Below, piece after piece: positions 9,111 to 17,900 of a stretch of 64,000 nucleotides of DNA (the stretch's first letter is position 1; each line of letters starts with the position of its first letter). Made by a program: the position numbers and the translations under genes. The DNA is from Verrucomicrobiota bacterium. Lineage in GTDB: Bacteria; Verrucomicrobiota; Verrucomicrobiia; Verrucomicrobiales; Verrucomicrobiaceae. The notes beneath the pieces are model-generated. The model saw only the letters and a program-made list of their open reading frames with translations, was not told where the DNA came from and made no database searches. The stretch is from contig CAUJJC010000275.1 in assembly GCA_963204975.1 (NCBI GenBank), positions 5,893 through 69,892 on the forward strand, in the 5' to 3' direction.

Positions 9111-10238
9111 TCACTCACCCTTCATCGCTGGCCCCACTCGTTTCCAGAAGTTTTCCAGGTAGCGCTTCCGCACAGCGGGAGCCTCCTGGATGTGATCGCC
9201 ATCGGCATACATGTCGAGGGTGAGCGTGTCATCATGGGCCTCATCGGTGAGCACGCAGCCCTCTTTCTCGAGGTAAGCACGAAGCTCTGCCATATAGGTC
9301 TCCACCTCTGGCGGATCGGCTTGCGGAGCGCCATTCGGATGAGGGCGCTGCTTCACGCGATGGAAGTGCATCTTCCATCCCTCTGCACGACCAAGGGCGA
9401 TCATGTGAGGCAGGAACGATGCATCGGGCGAGGGATCAAACTTCTTCGAAGACTGATTGTAGTAAGTGCCGATGTCATCCACTTCATCGGCTGCTGGATC
9501 GCCATGGTTTGAGGGAGCCAGATCAGATGCGAGGTCATGACGGAGATGCGCCATGCCAAAGCGATCATTCATTTCATCACGCCGCTCGCCATTGTTCATT
9601 CGCGTGCCGATGCGCGTGGCTCGCAAGGCGCGATTCTGCCAGGATTGCCGTGTGTTGAGATTCAGGAATCTCGCGGGAAAGAGCCAGTCCATCCGATCAC
9701 GGACCGAGCCCACCACACCGTCCTCACCTCCGGTGCGGGTGCCGAGCACTTGCAGCCACTCGGGCTGCTGCGGTCCCTCCATGATGAGAATGGACTCGCG
9801 CTGCATTTGATTGCGAATGCGGAAGTCAGGCCAACTCAGGTCCATGTTTCGGAAGAACACCGAGACCCACTTGGGCTTCGCCTCGGAGGCAGCCACCACC
9901 TGCTTCAAGATGAGAAACCACACGGCTGACTGCGAGGCCGGCAGATACACTCGCCGCGCCTTGATCCCTGTGAACTCAGACATCTGCTCCTGATCAAGGC
10001 GGGAATTCAGCATCGAATTGCCCACCAGCACCCACTCGGGTTGATCCTTGGACAAGCGTTTCCGCTCGGCAGGCGGATGAATGCCGGCTTCCCGATTCAG
10101 CCACTCATGCGATGGCACGTTGTGGGTCCGGCAGAGGATCGCGCAAAACAAAATGGCCACCGCCATCACGGTCAGCAACTGCAGTGAGGCGATGAGGCGA
10201 GAGGAAGTCATGCTGAATAGATGGGCCGATCCATTCAT
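9111..10238 (-). CDS. Membrane-anchored hypothetical protein, possibly an SGNH-like esterase/acyltransferase
   Basis: 375-aa ORF with an N-terminal TM helix. VLVGNSMLNSRLD (GDS-like block I) and C-terminal DGDHI (DxxH-like). The family assignment is tentative. Confidence 0.45.
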   Translation of the reverse strand: MNGSAHLFSMTSSRLIASLQLLTVMAVAILFCAILCRTHNVPSHEWLNREAGIHPPAERKRLSKDQPEWVLVGNSMLNSRLDQEQMSEFTGIKARRVYLPASQSAVWFLILKQVVAASEAKPKWVSVFFRNMDLSWPDFRIRNQMQRESILIMEGPQQPEWLQVLGTRTGGEDGVVGSVRDRMDWLFPARFLNLNTRQSWQNRALRATRIGTRMNNGERRDEMNDRFGMAHLRHDLASDLAPSNHGDPAADEVDDIGTYYNQSSKKFDPSPDASFLPHMIALGRAEGWKMHFHRVKQRPHPNGAPQADPPEVETYMAELRAYLEKEGCVLTDEAHDDTLTLDMYADGDHIQEAPAVRKRYLENFWKRVGPAMKGE

Positions 10239-10339
10239 TGCCCGTCAAGTGCCGGACAGTGATGACTGCCACTTGATTGTCAAACGTTCCACCTCCGTGC
10301 CGCAATCAAAGGGACAAGCTGCGCAGCATCCGGGCAATC

Positions 10340-11380
10340 TCAGAATCGCCAGACGATGCCTGTGTGAACAGCCACATCGGAGGCCTCGGGTGTGATGCCA
10401 ATGCCAACTCCTACCTTCAAGGCAAGCCAGTCAACAGGCGACCAGTGAGCCGCCACCAACGCCTGATGCTCCAGCGACGCATCGAAGTCACCCACGGCCT
10501 CCACGCTCATGGCGAAATCATGATGAAACGCGTGCCTTAGCCCGACGCCATAACCCCAGGCTCCCTTGCCATGCTCGGGCGTGAAGTTGATGAGGTTCGC
10601 GACGATCTTGTCGTGCTTGCCGAGATCGGCCTCAATGATCAGGCGCGAATGCAAGCCGCTCTGGCCATGCCGGTGAATGCCCTCATGAATATGAACGGGC
10701 TCAGCAATGGGAATGATCACCGGTTCCACCACCACTTGCTGTGCCTCATCGTCTTGTCTCGGTGCCGGGGCCGCTGCTGCTGGCGCAGCCACAGGATGAT
10801 CATGCGTGCCCGTGGTAGGAGCGTCCGGCCCGCCGCCGCCCGTGGTGCCGCCCGTGTGACGCGAGCGACTGGCACTAGGGGCTGATTTTCCTTTGGTTGA
10901 GGAGCTTGTTGAAGAAGCAATCGCTGCCGCGGCTGGCGTTGTCACCGCCTTGGTGGAAGTCTTGCGGCTGGTGGTGCGTGTCTTTGTCTTTGAGGGACGC
11001 GTAGCGCTATGAGTTTCCTCCTCGGAAGCAAACTCGTAGCCCGTCCACAGGGCCACCCGCACACCCTTGATTTCGACAGGCAAAAGATTGATCACCACGT
11101 AAGGCGTTGTGGAAGAGTAGGCCCAGCCATCGCCCATGTCTGCGAAGTGAGCCATCCCCCCCACAGCCAGCCCCGGCAGCACGCCGAGGTGCAGGCCCGG
11201 TTCCGTAGCATACTCATCGAGTGCCCGCTCACGAGTCCACTCCGAGTTATTGAAGAACGATCCACTCAGTGGCTGCGGAAAAGTCGCGTCTTGAAGCAAC
11301 AAAAAGTCGAGCCCGTGATGAGCACGAGCAGATGTGGCTAGTGCCAGCACAATGATCGGGATCAGGAGAATGCGTGTCAT
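10340..11380 (-). CDS. His-rich putative outer-membrane beta-barrel protein with a low-complexity insert
   Basis: Signal peptide MTRILLIPIIVLALATSARA. His clusters (HHGLDF, HIHEGIHRHGQSGLH, HAFHHDF). About 110 aa of S/T/K/A/P-rich insert. Ends in an aromatic ...GIVWRF. Confidence 0.6.
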   Translation of the reverse strand: MTRILLIPIIVLALATSARAHHGLDFLLLQDATFPQPLSGSFFNNSEWTRERALDEYATEPGLHLGVLPGLAVGGMAHFADMGDGWAYSSTTPYVVINLLPVEIKGVRVALWTGYEFASEEETHSATRPSKTKTRTTSRKTSTKAVTTPAAAAIASSTSSSTKGKSAPSASRSRHTGGTTGGGGPDAPTTGTHDHPVAAPAAAAPAPRQDDEAQQVVVEPVIIPIAEPVHIHEGIHRHGQSGLHSRLIIEADLGKHDKIVANLINFTPEHGKGAWGYGVGLRHAFHHDFAMSVEAVGDFDASLEHQALVAAHWSPVDWLALKVGVGIGITPEASDVAVHTGIVWRF

Positions 11381-11444
11381 GTATTGAATCAGTTTGAAAG
11401 CGAGGCACGGAGATGAATCCGCGCCTCGCCGAATTGAAAAGATG

Positions 11445-14400
11445 TTACGGAGCCGGTGTCTGCGCCTCCAGCAGCACGCTGCCGCTGAGTTTCTTCGAGG
11501 TCAGGATCGTGGTCTTCGGAGGACCAACGACAGGCATCTCAGGCAGCAGGAAGCAGCCGTAGCCCTTCGTCGTCGTTCCATCGTTCACGATCATGCCATT
11601 GAAAGTCACCAGACGATCCAGGGACTTGTTGGGCGTCACCGATGTGTCCGTGTCAGTCAGCTTAAAGGTGCCAGTGAAGGAACCCGTGGCGCCCACCGCG
11701 AAGACCGTGCCCGCTCCAGGCGTGATCTTCAGCGTCGCTTTGCCAGGATTGAAGTTCGGATCAATGGTCGCGATCTTGGGCGATCCCGCCGTGATCGTGA
11801 CTTTGCTCGTGTTGAGCCGCGTCGAAGGGCTCGGTGCTCCACCTTCAGCAAAGATCAGCTTGGCATTGTTGGTGCCAGCCGTCAGCCAGGACGAGAGTGT
11901 GGTGACAGTGGCAGGAATGATATACTGACGACCGATGACGATGGGATGGATCGGACCGAAGCCATCTTTGTAAACCCGGTCCACGCCAGTGGTGGTGCCT
12001 GTCTTGAACCAATCCACCTTCGAATCATCCAGAGCGAAGCCTGCGGCACTATCGATGTGCAGCACAGCAATCACCGAACCAAGGTTCGTATACAACAGCT
12101 TGAAGATGCCAAGGTTGCCCATGTGCTCGATCGGAGCCGAGAAGGAAACTTTGGTTTCATCAGCCAGCGTGATAACACCCGTGGTGATGCCCGTGGGTGC
12201 CACGATGAATGCACCGAAGCCGTAGCCCTGGGGCTTGCCCGCCACGCTTTGGTCGCCCACGTCCAGCTTGAGAGCCAGCGTGTAATTGCCTTTGTAGGTA
12301 GCCGGAGTGGCCGAAGGCTGAAGAGCCATGAAGTCGAGACTCCAGGGACCATCCACCACGGTGCCCATGGCCTGCCTGTTAGCTGCATCAATGGCAAACG
12401 AGACCACGAGCGGTGTCTGACCGACACGCGTGATCGTTTGCGTGCCCGTCGGCTTGGCCACCAAGGTGTCGAGCAAGCCGTTGAGCGGATAGGACTTCGT
12501 TCCCAGAACCAAGGTGCCCGTGAATCCGCCGACCGCCGTGGTGGTGATCTTGATGCTGCCGCCGAGGAACTGGTTCATCGTGGAGGAACGACCGAGCACA
12601 CCTGTGAAGCTGCGCACCACGCCATCGCCGAAGAGCTTGGCAACTGTGATGGTGTCCCCTTGCGCAAGGGTGCTGGTGCCCGCGCGATTGGTGGCCTTGA
12701 ACGACACCGCGAAGTTCCCCACTGACAGCGCACGTCCCGTGATGGCTCCAGTCCGCGTGTTGAACGCCACACCAACTGGCAGACGTCCAATCATGAGGAA
12801 TGAAGTTGGATTGTTGGTTGCGGATACTGTCGCATTGATCACCTGACCGATGCTCACATCCGGGAGCGTCACCGTGTTCATCACCGGAAGGGCAGTCACG
12901 CTGAGCACCGCTGGAGCGCTCATCACGGCCCCAGCAGCATTGCGCACTTCCACTTTGTAGGTGCCAGCATCCGCCAGCGTAACCGCATTGACAGGCGGGA
13001 AGGTGCTGGCGATTGCGCCATCGACTTTCACACCGTCCTTGAACCACTGATAGCTCAGCGAAGGACCCACAGCAGTCACCGAGAAGGTCGCCTTCTGCCC
13101 TACATTCAAGGAAAGGCTGGCAGGCTGCTTCGTGATCACTGGCGAGACAAACTGCGGAGCGCTCGTGCTGTAGCTGAAGCTGAAGCCCTGGCGCAAGGTG
13201 TTGGTCGCCGGTGCATTGCTGCCCAATGCAAAGGTGTAGAGACCAGCGGGCAGTGTCCATGAGCGGGTAATCGAGTTTTGAGTGCTGTTATCGATGTGCT
13301 CGATGTAGCCCAGATCCTCGGCCCAGCCCACACTGCCATGGTTGTTATAGGTGTGGTCCTGCATGCCATCCTGATCCCAACCGCGCCAGATGGTGAGCGA
13401 AGGGAACATGCTGCTTGTATCGGCAAGGCGGTCCGGTTCAGCCACTGATGGCCAGGGCACCGTGGCATCGCGAGCCATCGTCACATTGAGCGTGACTGTG
13501 TCTTTCAGCATGACGGCCACCCACTTTGAAGTGTGCGTCCAGCCCACGGGATCATCACCAGGACTGAACAAGGAATTGTCCTCCCAGCTCCACGCGCCGA
13601 CGTGATCTTTGATCGAGCCCGAGTCTCCGGCTCCCACGATGAGCGTGTAGGTGTAAGGTGCTCCATTTCCGCTCTGAGCAATCTGGGTGACAGGAGCAAC
13701 CGCTTGCGCGGACCAGTTGAAGTTGAAGCCCTGGCGCAATGGATTCGTCGCAGGTGCATTGCTGCCCAGCGCGAGCGTGTAGTCGCCCGCAGGGAGACGG
13801 AAGGTGCGCGTGATCGCGGCATCGGTGGAGTTGTCCACATGGTCGATGTAGTTGATGTCTTCCGCCCAGGCCACACGACCCTTGTTGTTGTAGCTGTGGC
13901 TGTCTGCACCGTCTTGGTCCGCACCACGAAACAATGTGAAACTGGGGAACATGCTTGTCGTGTCCGCTAAGCGGCCAGGTTCTTCCGTCGAAGGCCATGG
14001 CACCGTGGCATCGCGGTCCATCTTCACCGTGAAGAGCGCTTCTTGCAGCAGCTTCACCTGCACCCACTTCGAGGTGTGCGTCCAGCCCACAGCGGGCTGG
14101 CCAGGGCCGAACAAAGCATTGTCCTCCCAGCTCCAGGCACCGACGTGGTCTTTGAACGAACCGCTGCCGCCTGGCTGAGCGACCACGGTGTAGCCATAGC
14201 CAATGCCACCACTGGCGGGCGGGCCGACCAGGTTAGGCACGAGGTCGGCAGCGGCTGTCTGCGCGGTGGTGAAGGTGAATGAGAAGCCCTGGCGTGGCGG
14301 GCTCGTTTCCGAAGGCGAGTTACTGCCCAGCACGATCGTGTAGTTGCCCGCAGGCAGTATCCACGAGCGCGTGATGGTGGTCGCCGTCGTGTTGTCAATG

Positions 14401-14912
14401 TGATCGCGATAGGCGAGGTCTTCCGCCCAGATCACATTGCCACGGTTCGCGTAGGTGTGGTGATCGTGTGCTGTCGTCGGCTCATACTCGAGCGTCGTCG
14501 CCACATCTGCGGGCATGAGGTCATTGTCCCAGTTGCTCCACAACGTGAGCGAAGGAAACATGTGATCCACGGCGGCGAAGCCACCGACATTGCCCGTGCC
14601 CGTGTAAGGCACCGTTTCATCGCGGCTCATTGTCACCGTGAGCACTGTGGGTGCTTGCAAGGTGAGTGCCACCCAACGTGAGGTGTGTGTCCAGCCCTCG
14701 CCACCAGCGGGCGCGATGCCTTGATCCTCCCAGCTCCATGCACCGGTGTGGTCCTTGAAGGTGCCGGAATCATTGGCCGTGGCGTCAATGGTCCAGGCGT
14801 AGCCAATGCCGCCCACTTGCGGGTCGCCATTGGTGATGGTGGATGCCTTTGCCGTGAGGCTCGCACAGAGCAGGAGGGCGCAGGTCATCGCTCGATTCAG
14901 TCGTCGTATCAT
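11445..14912 (-). CDS. Giant secreted protein A: 3x unknown ~170-185 aa domain + Ig I-set + cadherin-like Ig + ~385 aa C-terminal module shared with protein B
   Basis: 1155-aa ORF with a signal peptide. Three internal repeats (KDH[TV]GAWSWED...GWTHTS[RK]WV...). An Ig-like SYQWFKDGVKVDG segment, then NPTSFLMIGRLPVGVAFNTRTGAITG. Confidence 0.85.
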   Translation of the reverse strand: MIRRLNRAMTCALLLCASLTAKASTITNGDPQVGGIGYAWTIDATANDSGTFKDHTGAWSWEDQGIAPAGGEGWTHTSRWVALTLQAPTVLTVTMSRDETVPYTGTGNVGGFAAVDHMFPSLTLWSNWDNDLMPADVATTLEYEPTTAHDHHTYANRGNVIWAEDLAYRDHIDNTTATTITRSWILPAGNYTIVLGSNSPSETSPPRQGFSFTFTTAQTAAADLVPNLVGPPASGGIGYGYTVVAQPGGSGSFKDHVGAWSWEDNALFGPGQPAVGWTHTSKWVQVKLLQEALFTVKMDRDATVPWPSTEEPGRLADTTSMFPSFTLFRGADQDGADSHSYNNKGRVAWAEDINYIDHVDNSTDAAITRTFRLPAGDYTLALGSNAPATNPLRQGFNFNWSAQAVAPVTQIAQSGNGAPYTYTLIVGAGDSGSIKDHVGAWSWEDNSLFSPGDDPVGWTHTSKWVAVMLKDTVTLNVTMARDATVPWPSVAEPDRLADTSSMFPSLTIWRGWDQDGMQDHTYNNHGSVGWAEDLGYIEHIDNSTQNSITRSWTLPAGLYTFALGSNAPATNTLRQGFSFSYSTSAPQFVSPVITKQPASLSLNVGQKATFSVTAVGPSLSYQWFKDGVKVDGAIASTFPPVNAVTLADAGTYKVEVRNAAGAVMSAPAVLSVTALPVMNTVTLPDVSIGQVINATVSATNNPTSFLMIGRLPVGVAFNTRTGAITGRALSVGNFAVSFKATNRAGTSTLAQGDTITVAKLFGDGVVRSFTGVLGRSSTMNQFLGGSIKITTTAVGGFTGTLVLGTKSYPLNGLLDTLVAKPTGTQTITRVGQTPLVVSFAIDAANRQAMGTVVDGPWSLDFMALQPSATPATYKGNYTLALKLDVGDQSVAGKPQGYGFGAFIVAPTGITTGVITLADETKVSFSAPIEHMGNLGIFKLLYTNLGSVIAVLHIDSAAGFALDDSKVDWFKTGTTTGVDRVYKDGFGPIHPIVIGRQYIIPATVTTLSSWLTAGTNNAKLIFAEGGAPSPSTRLNTSKVTITAGSPKIATIDPNFNPGKATLKITPGAGTVFAVGATGSFTGTFKLTDTDTSVTPNKSLDRLVTFNGMIVNDGTTTKGYGCFLLPEMPVVGPPKTTILTSKKLSGSVLLEAQTPAP
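13161..14813 (-). repeat. Three tandem coding repeats (aa 34-216, 235-402, 415-584 of protein A)
   Basis: Repeated blocks GGIGY..T, FKDH.GAWSWED, GWTHTS.WV, MFPS.T, WAED..YI.H.DN, LP.G.YT..LGSN.P, RQGF.F. Confidence 0.8.
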
Positions 14913-14936
14913 GTGTCTTTGTTTGTGGTCTTATGG

Positions 14937-14954
14937 TTCAACGGGTCAGTTGAA
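14937..14954. other. Small hairpin in the B-A spacer that carries the same 10-mer core as the leader hairpins
   Basis: TTCAAC-GGGTCA-GTTGAA. Its complement contains AACTGACCCG, identical to the loop core of the hairpins at 19293-19330 and 24390-24427. Confidence 0.4.
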
Positions 14955-14970
14955 AGGGTTCAAAACTTCA

Positions 14971-17900
14971 TCAAGGCGTCGCCTCCAGCGTGGCACTGCC
15001 GCTCAGCATTCGAGACGTGCTGATCGTGGTCTTCACCGGCAGCAATGCGGGCAGCTCGGGAAGTTGGTAGAAACCGTAGCCCTTCGTGCTCGTGCCATCG
15101 TTCACGATCATACCAGCGACGACCCCTGTGCGTGTGATCGGCTTGTTAGGCACCACCGTGGTATCGGGATCGAGCAGAATGAAGGTGCCCGTGAACGAGC
15201 CCGTGGTGCCAGCCGTGAAGATCGTGCCAGAGCCTGGCGTGAGTGTGACGGTCACAATACCCGGATTCGGTGCCATAATCTTGCCGATGACCGACATGCC
15301 TGGGACCAGCTCAATCGTGTTCAAGTTCAATCGTGTAGCGGGACTTGGAGCCGCCCCACCGAAGAAGGTCATCTTGGCGTTGTTGGGTCCAGCAGTCAGA
15401 CCCATCACAATCGAGCCTGTCGCAGGTATCGCATAAGGTCCTCCACGAACCTCAAGATCAAGCGAGGGGAAGCCCGCCTTGTAGCTGCGCGTCGTGGACT
15501 TGACCGGCTGGGGCTTCTTCAGCCAGCTCAGCACCGATGCTCCCATTCGGAAGCCACCCGTAGGATTCACGTTCAGCGTGCCAAGCAGCGATCCTGTGTT
15601 GGCGTAGAGCAGCTTGAACATGCTCATCGAACCATCCGCTTCGATCGTATTCGAGAACGTCACCACGGTGGCATCGGACAACTTGAACAAGCCAGTCGCC
15701 ACGCCAGTGCCCGCTACTTTGAACGCTCCAATACTGTGACCCTGAGGCTTGGCATCGTCACTTTGGTCAGCAGGCTTGAGCAGCATCGCAAAGGTATAGT
15801 GACCAGCGTAGGAACTCAGCGCTGTGGAGGGCTGGCGTGCCGTGAAGCCTGCGGTGGCAGCACCATCACTCACACTGCCACTGAGCGCACGCGTGCCCGG
15901 AGTGACGGTGAAATTGACGGTCAATGCTGGCAGTCCGGTGCGTGCAATCGTCATGCTGGCGGTCGAGTCCACCGTCAGTCCTGAAGGGCTCAGGGTGCCG
16001 CTCAGCGGATAGGACTTCAGCCCCAGGGTCAACGTGCCTGTGTAGGTGCCTGCCTGCGTCGTTGTAATCGTGACTCTTCCCCCGAGTTCATCATTGAGCA
16101 CAGCACTGCGGCTCACCACGCCTTGATAGCTCCCCACTGTCCCAGCCGCGAGGCCAAAGACCTCCATCGTATCGCTCACCTGCACACTCGGGCCTGCCGC
16201 ATTAGTGGCGATCACGGTCACGTTGGATGTTCCCACCGTGGTGGGGTTGCCCTTGATCAAGCCGGTCGTCGAATTGTATGTCAATCCCAGAGGTAGATTG
16301 GAAATCGTGAACGATGTCGGGTTGTTCGCAGCCGTGACCTGCTTGCTGTAGTTTTCACCGACTCGTGCATCGGCCAAGTTAAGAGGATTCACGACCGGAC
16401 GCACCGGCACCTCCAGTTGCGCGACGTGACTCGTGACCTTTCCCGAGGCGTTCGAGATCACCACGGAGTATGCGCCCGTGTCAGTGCTCAGCACATTATT
16501 CATCGTCAGCGTGGCAGTGGTCGCACCGATGAGCGCGTTGCCGTTCTTCAACCACTGATAAGACAAACCCGCGCCAGTCGCAGTCACGCTCAAGGTCGCA
16601 ATGGCATTCGGCGCGACGATCTTCGACACGGGATGCACTGTGATCGTTGGCGCGGCTGTCACGGTGAGTGTCGCGGTGTTGCTTGTCGCACTGCCGTTCG
16701 TGTTGGATACCACCACGCTGAAAGTGCCTGCCACTGCGGGATTCACCGTGAGCGTCGCTGAGTCGGTGCCAACGTTTGTCGTGCCGCGTTTCCATTGATA
16801 ATGCAAACCTGATCCCGTGGCTTCGACCGTGAACGTGGCACTGCCGCCTGTCACCGCGCCTGCATTCTTCGGATGTCGCACAATCATCGGCGAACCCGCC
16901 ACTTCATCGCCATCCAGCACGCCGTCGCCATCGTGATCAATGGACATCACCTCACCCATGCCCGGCAGCACCCCCATGAAGGTCACGCTGTCTGAACCCG
17001 TGATCTGCGCGAGCAAGGCCGTGCGTGTCACGCCCCCGTTCGATGCCTTGTCGAACTTGTAATTCGTGCCCGTCCACAGCAACGAACGCTGCTGGCCTCC
17101 AATCAGGCCGCGCGCGATCACACTGGTCTCGCCAGTAGCTGCGCGAGCTTCGAGCAAAGCGATGTCCGCTAGCACACCCGTGTCGCTCTTATTCGTCGCC
17201 GTTACTGTTGGCCCATAGCCCACGATCAATCCGACTCCGGTATCGAAGCACATCATGAACGCAGTCATGTTCGCAAAGTCCGCAGGCGTGGTCAGCGAAT
17301 CGAGCACATAAGGATGCACCGTTGGCAGCGCGAAGCCCGTGCCATCGCTCAACATGCCAAAGCCCGAGACGCTGGTGTTGCCAGCGCGTGGATCAAACTT
17401 CTGCTTCTGATACACTAGCCGCAGCGATGGATTCTTGATGGGCTGCACTCGGCCAACTTCCTGAGGCAGGTCGATGTTGTTGTTGCTGCCTCGCGGCAGC
17501 TCGTGGCACAAGGCACAGTGGTTGATGTGAAGATTGAACAAGTCACGCCCGGTCGAAGGGCTCGCCCCGTTGAAGGTGGTAGGCAGCGAGCGCTCCAGGG
17601 TGCGGTTCGGGTTCGGGTGCAGCACCAGCGAAAACAGGTAGCCAGCCAGCAAGTCCATGTCCTCGGACGTTTGCAGCTCTCCGCCCATCAAGTTCTCGAA
17701 GGTGCCGTTGAAGCTCTGCAAAGTCGGCTTGTCACCACGCCAGTGGAAGGGCGCACTGCTTTGAAGATCGCGCAGCGTTTGAGTCACCATCGGTCCTTTC
17801 ATCGGATGCATGGTGCGAGTGCGTGTTTTTGAGTCGTGAATGACCGCATTGATCGCCAACGCCGTGGCCATGTCCCCACCGGGATCACCAAGATCCCAGG

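Noticed and set aside
11405-11440. Hairpin GCGAGGC-N16-GCCTCGC after giant protein A, as a possible terminator.
   Set aside because: The loop is long and the U-tract poor (TTTC). It is too weak to annotate as a terminator and is mentioned only in the operon finding.
11394-12725. A 443-aa + strand ORF. Similar long antisense ORFs occur at 14806-15984, 1693-3108(-), 4163-5446(-), 5299-6339(-), 33783-34805(+), 39715-40911(+), 42089-43030(+), 45300-47039(+), 55648-56544(-) and 62904-63719(+).
   Set aside because: All lie antisense to ORFs with clear family motifs. Their products are Arg/Gly/His/Ala-rich low-complexity sequence, typical of spurious open frames in high-GC DNA, with no recognisable motifs.
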